The notes under the pieces: generated by a model | What the model was told of the DNA's origin: nothing | Database searches by the model: none | What the model saw: the letters and a program-made list of their open reading frames with translations, nothing else | Source: Gemmatimonadota bacterium | Lineage (GTDB): Bacteria > Gemmatimonadota > Gemmatimonadetes > Gemmatimonadales > GWC2-71-9 | Assembly: GCA_036679605.1 (NCBI GenBank) | Contig: JAZDCZ010000365.1 | Span: 60,866-124,865, forward strand | Direction: 5' to 3' | Length of the DNA stretch: 64,000 nt | Translations under genes and position numbers: made by a program | Part shown: positions 57,909 to 64,000 of the stretch, piece by piece | Layout: the number at the start of each line of letters is the position of its first letter | How positions within the stretch are numbered: the stretch's first letter is position 1

Positions 57909-60900
57909 TCATGGCAGAGTCACCAATGCTGTGACAAAGTTGTCCAAACCGACCTGCTCCTTGGTTCCCGATCCGCCGGCTACGAACCCCTCGACTAGGA
58001 GCATCTGCCTGAGCGGTATGCTCGCCACAATTCCGATAAACGATGGCATGGTAACGTCACCGGACTGATTGTCCACAGTGAAGCTCACACTCGGGCTGAG
58101 GTCGGTGATGACCACGAGATTTGCCGCCGTCGCCGTCGGATCCTGAGCAATCAGATCAAACCCGAGAGCATTCCGAGTTGCGGCTGCGTCGAAGTCGAGC
58201 GTATAGCTTCCGTTACCAGCTTGGCGACTTGTGGCGTCGAAGCCGAGCAAGAACAGATTGTTCGATGAGTCCGCCACCTCGAGATTGACGAAAGCGGAGG
58301 TCGCAGTTACCACGTTCGGGATAACCGTCGTGATTGCAGTTCCCGCCGTCTGCGATTCGAAGTCCTGTGTCTCGCTGGCCGCACCTCCCAGAGCCGAGTT
58401 GAATGCGGCCACCGTTCTGAAGGACTGAATCATCTCTTGCGTTACGGGGCTCGATACGCTGCTCCCGAAATTGGCTGTGGCCAACAACCGAGCGGTTAGA
58501 CTGTGTGTTGCGAGCGAGAGATTCGACACCGCAAGCGTGGCCGTAGCACCGAGAGATACCGCAGCCGTTCCGAGCGATGTCGAACCATCGAAGAACTCCA
58601 CCGTCGGATTCTCGACAGCCGGGGGTATGGGGCTCACGGTCGCCGTCAGAGTGAGTGGGGTGCCCACCACAGCCAGTGGGGCGCTCGTCGTCAACGTCGT
58701 TGTGGTACCAGTCAGAACTGTGATATCGGCTGTGCCCGTAACCGTTCCACTGGTGGCAACAATCTGAGCTGTGCCGACCGCCACTGCAGCAACAAGACCA
58801 TTCACATCCACTGTAGCAATACCATTAGCAGTTGAACTCCAAGTTATGGGAGCACCGGAGACTTGGTTCCCGTTGGCATCCCTGGCAACGGCGTTGAGCT
58901 GTACCGTCTCATTGATCGAGTTGAGCGTTGTAGACGCAGGAGTAACATCGATACTGGCAACTGTCTGAGAGACTGTCACGGCTGCGCTACCAGACACACC
59001 CCCGCTGGTGGCAGTAATGTTGGTGGTGCCGTTTGTGACGGCGGTTGCCAGGCCGGCGGCGTCGACGGTCGCCACGTTCGCATCAACTGGACTCCAGGTA
59101 AAGCTTGCACTTGCAATCGCGTTGCCGTTGGCGTCCCGTGCTTCAGCACTGAACTGCTCCGTGGCACCTATCGAGTTGAGCGTGGCCGATGGGGGAGTCA
59201 CAACCACACTGGCAACTGTCTGAGAGACTGTCACGGCTGCACTACCAGACACGCCTCCGCTTGTGGCGGTAATGTTGGTGCTGCCGTTGGCCACGGCGGT
59301 TGCCAGGCCGGCGGCGTCGACGGTCGCCACGTTCGCATCAACTGGACTCCAGGTAAAGCTTGCACTTGCAATAGCGTTGCCGTTGGCGTCCCGCGCCTCG
59401 GCAGTGAACTGCTGCGTAGCTCCTATGGAGTTGAGCGTGGTCGACGGGGGAGTGACAACCACACTGGCAACCGTCTGAGAGACTGTCACGGCTGCGCTAC
59501 CAGACACACCCCCGCTGGTGGCAGTAATGTTGGTGCTGCCGTTGGCCACGGCGGTTGCCAGGCCGGCGGCGTCGACAGTCGCCACGTTCGCATCAACTGG
59601 ACTCCAGGTAAAGCTTGCACTTGCAATCGCGTTGCCGTTGGCGTCCCGTGCTTCAGCACTGAACTGCTGCGTGGCTCCTATGGAGTTGAGCGTGGCCGAT
59701 GGGGGAGTCACAACCACACTGGCAACTGTCTGAGAGACTGTCACGGCTGCGCTACCAGACACACCCCCGCTGGTGGCAGTAATGTTGGTGCTGCCGTTTG
59801 TGACGGCGGTTGCCAGGCCGGCGGCGTCGACAGTCGCCACGTTCGCATCAACTGGACTCCAGGTGAAGCTCGCACCCGTTATCAGGTTGCCGTTGGCGTC
59901 TCGTGCCTCTGCAACAAATTGGACCTGCTCGTCAATCGAGTTGAGTGTTGCGGATGGCGGCGTAACCGTCACTGTCGCCGGCGTCTGGGTTACGGTGACC
60001 GATGCAGCACCGGTCTGGCCCCCGCCGGTGGCGGTGATACTGGTACCGCCGTTGGCCACTGCTGTGGCCAAGCCGGTCGCGTTGACAGTAACGACTGTCG
60101 GATCGACGGAATTCCAAGTGAAGCTCACACCCGTCACCGTGTTACCGTTGGCATCCCGCGCTTCAGCACTGAACTGCTGCGTAGCACCTATCGAGTTGAG
60201 CGTGGTCGATGCAGGAGTGACAACCACACTGGCAACTATCTGAGAGACTGTCACGGCCGCACTGCCCGATACGCCGCCGCTTGTGGCCGTGACGTTGCTG
60301 CTGCCGTTGCCCGTGGCAGTTGCCAGGCCGGTGGCATCGACAGTCGCCACGTTCACGTCACCGGGACTCCAGGTGAAGCTCGCACCCGTTATCAGGTTGC
60401 CGTTGGCGTCCCGCGCCTCGGCACTGAACTGCTGCGTAGCACCTATCGAGTTGAGCGTTGTGGATGCCGGAGTCACAACCACACTGGTGACTATCTGGGA
60501 GACTGTCACGGCTGCACTACCTGACACGCCGCCGCTGGTGGCAGTAATGTTGGTGCTTCCATTTGCTACGGCTGTTGCCAGGCCGGCGGCGTCGACAGTC
60601 GCCACGTTCGCATCAACTGGACTCCAGGTGATGCTCGCACCCGTTATCAGATTGCCGTTGGCGTCCCGCGCTTCAGCACTGAACTGCTGCGTAGCACCTA
60701 TGGAGTTGAGCGTTGTAGATGCCGGAGTCACAGCCACACGGGAAACTGTCTGAGAGACTGTCACGGCTGCACTACCTGACACGCCGCCGCTGGTGGCAGT
60801 AATGTTGGTGCTTCCATTTGCGACGGCTGTTGCCAGGCCGGCGGCGTCGACAGTTGCCACGTTCACATCAACTGGACTCCAGGTGAAGCTCGCACCAGGT

Positions 60901-62312
60901 ACGGTGTTGCCGTTGGCATCCTTGGCAACTGCGCTGAACTGTACGGTTTCTCCGATTGAGTTGAGTGTCGCAGCCGCCGGTGTGATCTCTACGGTCGCGG
61001 TGTTACCGGGAACGATATCAAAAGTGCTGCTCGTGACGTCGGCCACGCCGTTCGTCGAAGCGACCAGTGTGTAGCCCGCGCCGGCCTTGTCGATTGACAG
61101 GTCGCCGAACGTCGCGACGCCACCAGGCGCGACTATCGAAGTTTGTCCAGAGAGGATACCGCCACCGGGGTTTGTCCCGATGCCGAGCGCGATGGTATGC
61201 CCCCCGACAAGATTCCCAAAGGCATCCTTGAGTGTGACCTGTATAGCCGGACTGATCGGGTCGCCGGCTACGGTCTGGCTGGGATGGACCTCGAAAGAGA
61301 GTGTTGACGCTGCTGCGGCTATGGCTTCGACCGAGAAAGGAAGTTCGTCGAGGTTCGGCACCAAAATCCCGAACGCATAGGACTTCGATTCAGTCCCCAG
61401 CGTTGCTGTCGTGCTTGCAACGCCGTCGGAGTCGGTTACGGCAGCGGGTTCGATTGAGGCACCAGCCGGGGCCTGGAATGTTACCGGAACCCCGCTAATC
61501 CCTAGTCCGTCGTCACCTAGTACCCGGAAGCCTAGCTCCACCGAGGTGCCGACAACGGCCGAACTGGGATTCGAAACGAGGGCAATAACACTCGCCGGGA
61601 GAGGTATGATGGTGACCGACGTGCCGTTCGTGATTCCTGTGGGCGTGCGTGCAGTGATTTGCACGACTCCCCGCCGAGAAGTGTTTCTTACGAGGCCATT
61701 TGCGTTGGCCGTGGCCAGCGTTTCATCGTCCGTCTCCCACGAGACGAAGAACCGGTCAACTCTGTTGTCAGCTGAGTCTAGCGCGACGATTCGTAGGTCG
61801 AGGGAATCCCCAAAGGTTAATACTGAATCTGCGGGAGCTATCGATATGCTAGCGATGTTCTGTCCCGGACCCACATAGTCGAGCACTATTTCTGTGATGA
61901 TGCGATCACTCTCGTTCTGATCGCGCAGCAGCACCAGGCTGCCACCGTTGAATAGGAGTTCGGGACCCGCAAGCAAGCGAAGCGATACCACGAACGTGTC
62001 GACCTCTGATCTCAAGCTGAGGGCCCACCCGAGGTTGACGGTACTCGAGTCGGGATCGAAGTAAACAGTAGTGTCGATGACAAAGACGCTCGGTGCGTCG
62101 GGTCGCGCTACAGTGATGGCAACACTGTCGAGCACAAGCCCGAAGTCAGCTACATCTAGCGCAGTTCTGAAAACTGGCTGAATATTCAGAAAGGCGACCC
62201 CACCACCAGTCGGTCCCACTCCACCACCGTCGTCACTGCAGCCCTTGGTGAGTGCTACGATGAGCAGGAGCCCGATCGCAGTCCTATAGCGCTGGGAAAG
62301 CCGGGGATTCAT
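57909..62312 (-). CDS. Large Ig-like (Big_2) repeat surface lipoprotein / adhesin
   Basis: Lipobox-like TKGC; nine tandem ~85-aa V.VTP...ARDANGN...W...VATV...GLATAV.NG repeats plus further Ig-like domains. Confidence 0.88.
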   Translation of the reverse strand: MNPRLSQRYRTAIGLLLIVALTKGCSDDGGGVGPTGGGVAFLNIQPVFRTALDVADFGLVLDSVAITVARPDAPSVFVIDTTVYFDPDSSTVNLGWALSLRSEVDTFVVSLRLLAGPELLFNGGSLVLLRDQNESDRIITEIVLDYVGPGQNIASISIAPADSVLTFGDSLDLRIVALDSADNRVDRFFVSWETDDETLATANANGLVRNTSRRGVVQITARTPTGITNGTSVTIIPLPASVIALVSNPSSAVVGTSVELGFRVLGDDGLGISGVPVTFQAPAGASIEPAAVTDSDGVASTTATLGTESKSYAFGILVPNLDELPFSVEAIAAAASTLSFEVHPSQTVAGDPISPAIQVTLKDAFGNLVGGHTIALGIGTNPGGGILSGQTSIVAPGGVATFGDLSIDKAGAGYTLVASTNGVADVTSSTFDIVPGNTATVEITPAAATLNSIGETVQFSAVAKDANGNTVPGASFTWSPVDVNVATVDAAGLATAVANGSTNITATSGGVSGSAAVTVSQTVSRVAVTPASTTLNSIGATQQFSAEARDANGNLITGASITWSPVDANVATVDAAGLATAVANGSTNITATSGGVSGSAAVTVSQIVTSVVVTPASTTLNSIGATQQFSAEARDANGNLITGASFTWSPGDVNVATVDATGLATATGNGSSNVTATSGGVSGSAAVTVSQIVASVVVTPASTTLNSIGATQQFSAEARDANGNTVTGVSFTWNSVDPTVVTVNATGLATAVANGGTSITATGGGQTGAASVTVTQTPATVTVTPPSATLNSIDEQVQFVAEARDANGNLITGASFTWSPVDANVATVDAAGLATAVTNGSTNITATSGGVSGSAAVTVSQTVASVVVTPPSATLNSIGATQQFSAEARDANGNAIASASFTWSPVDANVATVDAAGLATAVANGSTNITATSGGVSGSAAVTVSQTVASVVVTPPSTTLNSIGATQQFTAEARDANGNAIASASFTWSPVDANVATVDAAGLATAVANGSTNITATSGGVSGSAAVTVSQTVASVVVTPPSATLNSIGATEQFSAEARDANGNAIASASFTWSPVDANVATVDAAGLATAVTNGTTNITATSGGVSGSAAVTVSQTVASIDVTPASTTLNSINETVQLNAVARDANGNQVSGAPITWSSTANGIATVDVNGLVAAVAVGTAQIVATSGTVTGTADITVLTGTTTTLTTSAPLAVVGTPLTLTATVSPIPPAVENPTVEFFDGSTSLGTAAVSLGATATLAVSNLSLATHSLTARLLATANFGSSVSSPVTQEMIQSFRTVAAFNSALGGAASETQDFESQTAGTAITTVIPNVVTATSAFVNLEVADSSNNLFLLGFDATSRQAGNGSYTLDFDAAATRNALGFDLIAQDPTATAANLVVITDLSPSVSFTVDNQSGDVTMPSFIGIVASIPLRQMLLVEGFVAGGSGTKEQVGLDNFVTALVTLP
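58710..61000 (-). repeat. Nine intragenic ~255-bp tandem repeats (approximate ends)
   Basis: 255-nt periodicity visible in the DNA (antisense ORFs start at 59008, 59263, 59518 and 59773). Confidence 0.9.
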
Positions 62313-62319
62313 CAGTTTG

Positions 62320-63429
62320 TTACCGGCTGTATCTGAGCAGTAGGGCTGCACCGAAGCCCGCGATGCTCGACGTGAGCGGAAGTGCGCCCGATTCTGCCAA
62401 CGCAATGTTTCCGCGGTCAACACGCACGGAGGGAGCTAAGGTGAGGTTGGGTGATACGCTGTACCGAGCACGAATCTTAATCCCGTACAACTGTCCGTCG
62501 CTATCATCTCCGGCGACCCAAATACGTGTCTCGAACGACGGGTCGATCTGTAGTCGATCGGTCACAGGTATTACGATGGCAGCCCGTCCGTAGTGCAAAT
62601 TCTCCTTCGCGCCCGGCACGCCGACGTTGTTGGAAAGTCCCGCCGCCCTAAAGTAGGTCCAACCCGAGAGCTGAAGCGTAGAACGGCCGAGCAGGTGTGA
62701 AACCCCGACTTCCCCCACGTACCGGTTACCGGACTGATAGTCGAAGCTGTTGATCCCCTTCAGCTTGTCAGTGCCGAAAGTGCTGAAGGTAAATCCGGCG
62801 GTTACGGTGGTACCATCGCCGATTGGCCGCAGAAGACCAAGCCGAATGCGGCTCTCGACGCCTGGTGAGAAGTCCTCGGCGAAGTCATTGAACGGTTCGT
62901 ACGTCCCTACATACCGCACGCTACCGGCGAGTCCGAGGCTCCAGTCTCCAACCCGCTGCGCCACTACCAATCCGCCGGTAACCCCAAAACTCGTTCCGTA
63001 GTTGGAAACGTCGAACGGTAGGAAGTCCTGCGCGGTGGACCGTAATAGAGATAGCTCTTGGTTTGATATGCTGGACCGACCAGTCGGGAGATTAACGGAG
63101 GTAGAGATGACAGCCAGATCCCGCCCCAGGGTGTAGCTGAGTCGGAGTTGTGTGTCGGTCGGCCCAGACAAGCTTGTCTTGGAGCCATCTAACCAACGAA
63201 GCGTTGTCGTGGCATAGTTTGTCGTTAGATCCACAAAGAAACTGCGACCGATCGGCGTACCAGCGAAGACCGGCACAACGACTTGCGAGGCGCTCTGAAG
63301 ATCGAACCCGCTGTTGAAGTGAAACGATCGGAACTGGAGACCGGATCCTCCGTTCGGCTCTGGGTAGATTGGAGACTGCGCAGACAGCGGGGCCGCCAAT
63401 AGCAATGAGATGGCTAAGGCGCGTATCAT
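62320..63429 (-). CDS. Secreted, probable outer-membrane beta-barrel protein
   Basis: Signal peptide (LSAQ); alternating amphipathic strands; NLPTG motif; ends LLLRYSR. Confidence 0.65.
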   Translation of the reverse strand: MIRALAISLLLAAPLSAQSPIYPEPNGGSGLQFRSFHFNSGFDLQSASQVVVPVFAGTPIGRSFFVDLTTNYATTTLRWLDGSKTSLSGPTDTQLRLSYTLGRDLAVISTSVNLPTGRSSISNQELSLLRSTAQDFLPFDVSNYGTSFGVTGGLVVAQRVGDWSLGLAGSVRYVGTYEPFNDFAEDFSPGVESRIRLGLLRPIGDGTTVTAGFTFSTFGTDKLKGINSFDYQSGNRYVGEVGVSHLLGRSTLQLSGWTYFRAAGLSNNVGVPGAKENLHYGRAAIVIPVTDRLQIDPSFETRIWVAGDDSDGQLYGIKIRARYSVSPNLTLAPSVRVDRGNIALAESGALPLTSSIAGFGAALLLRYSR

Positions 63430-64000
63430 CGGGGCCGCTTCACCCGCACGCCGAGGCGTCCGGTCCTGACTATTCGATCGCCACCTCCAACTTCTCCTCT
63501 GCCATCATCTCCACTCGGTGGTTTGTTGCCTTTGGAGGTCTGGATTTCATCGCTGGTCGCCATGCCGCTCGGCATGACGTAGTTGAGGTTGTCCGCAAGA
63601 AATCCTACCGAAACTTTGGGCGCATCCAGCAGGCCAGCCATCTGAACTAGAGTGAGATCCTGGGCCTGGTTCATGTCTTCAGCATCACTGGCGCGCTGCG
63701 CTGCTTCGGCAAAATTCGGATCGATGGCGGCGGCGCGTCGGTAGGAACGCGCGGCGCTCAGGAAGTCGCCTTTGTCTTCGTCGGCCAGGCCCTCGCTGAA
63801 TGCCAGGAATGCCAGAAGGTTGGATGTGGGTCGTTCCATCAGAAGTACGAGTTCGGCGGGCGTTAGTTGGATGTTCATCCGGCTCAAGAGCTGACGCAGG
63901 ACATCCTTCTCCATGTCGAACACCGCCTGTAGGTCATCGGTGGCGGCCCCGCTCGCAGCGACTTCACCCGTTGTGGTTCTAACCGCTGACGCCGAGAGAT
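63426..64000 (-). CDS. C-terminal part of a CsgG/TolB-N-like plus TPR protein (5' end outside window)
   Basis: Frame open to the window edge; VRTTTGEV...VFDMEK...PT.NL.AF.AFS.GL and TPR YRRAAAIDPNF; ATGA overlap with the next gene. Confidence 0.6.
   Translation of the reverse strand, partial: LSASAVRTTTGEVAASGAATDDLQAVFDMEKDVLRQLLSRMNIQLTPAELVLLMERPTSNLLAFLAFSEGLADEDKGDFLSAARSYRRAAAIDPNFAEAAQRASDAEDMNQAQDLTLVQMAGLLDAPKVSVGFLADNLNYVMPSGMATSDEIQTSKGNKPPSGDDGRGEVGGGDRIVRTGRLGVRVKRPR

Noticed and set aside
58863..60753. Long plus-strand ORFs (553 aa and several 71-156 aa)
   Set aside because: Antisense shadows of the repetitive Ig-domain gene

Overview
GC-rich bacterial chromosome segment. The gene content (many secreted beta-propeller, VPS10 and Big_2 lipoproteins, PEP-CTERM, DUF4384, DUF5916) suggests a Gemmatimonadota-like organism; this is an inference. 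The window opens with typA and tRNA-Ile(GAT), followed by a ~2.1-12 kb accessory region. That region holds a split duplicate of the tRNA 3' half, a duplicated att-arm-like sequence, two complete integron attC sites and several cassette-boundary inverted repeats. Its cargo includes three toxin-antitoxin-like pairs, an HTH/GIY-YIG nuclease and three paralogous beta-propeller lipoproteins. No integrase gene is present. The most unusual signal is a ~130-180 bp non-coding module present in three diverged copies, each just upstream of a cassette core site, as if it were a repeated attI/promoter-like docking platform. The middle of the window has mixed housekeeping and transport genes (MATE, CLC, APC permease with amidinotransferase, dinB, Mo-oxidoreductase, M49 peptidase), an uncharacterised radical SAM/metallophosphoesterase/ferrochelatase/TlpA/TVP38 cluster, a deleted DUF5916 pseudogene, gpmA, and tRNA-His/tRNA-Trp followed by 55-bp tandem repeats. 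The right end has vapBC with a probable CTG start, an orphan Cys-to-Ser ketosynthase coupled to a lipoprotein, a GGDEF protein, a PEP-CTERM gene and a CsgG/TPR-like, barrel-like, Ig-repeat lipoprotein operon. All calls come from motif recognition by eye; no database searches were run.
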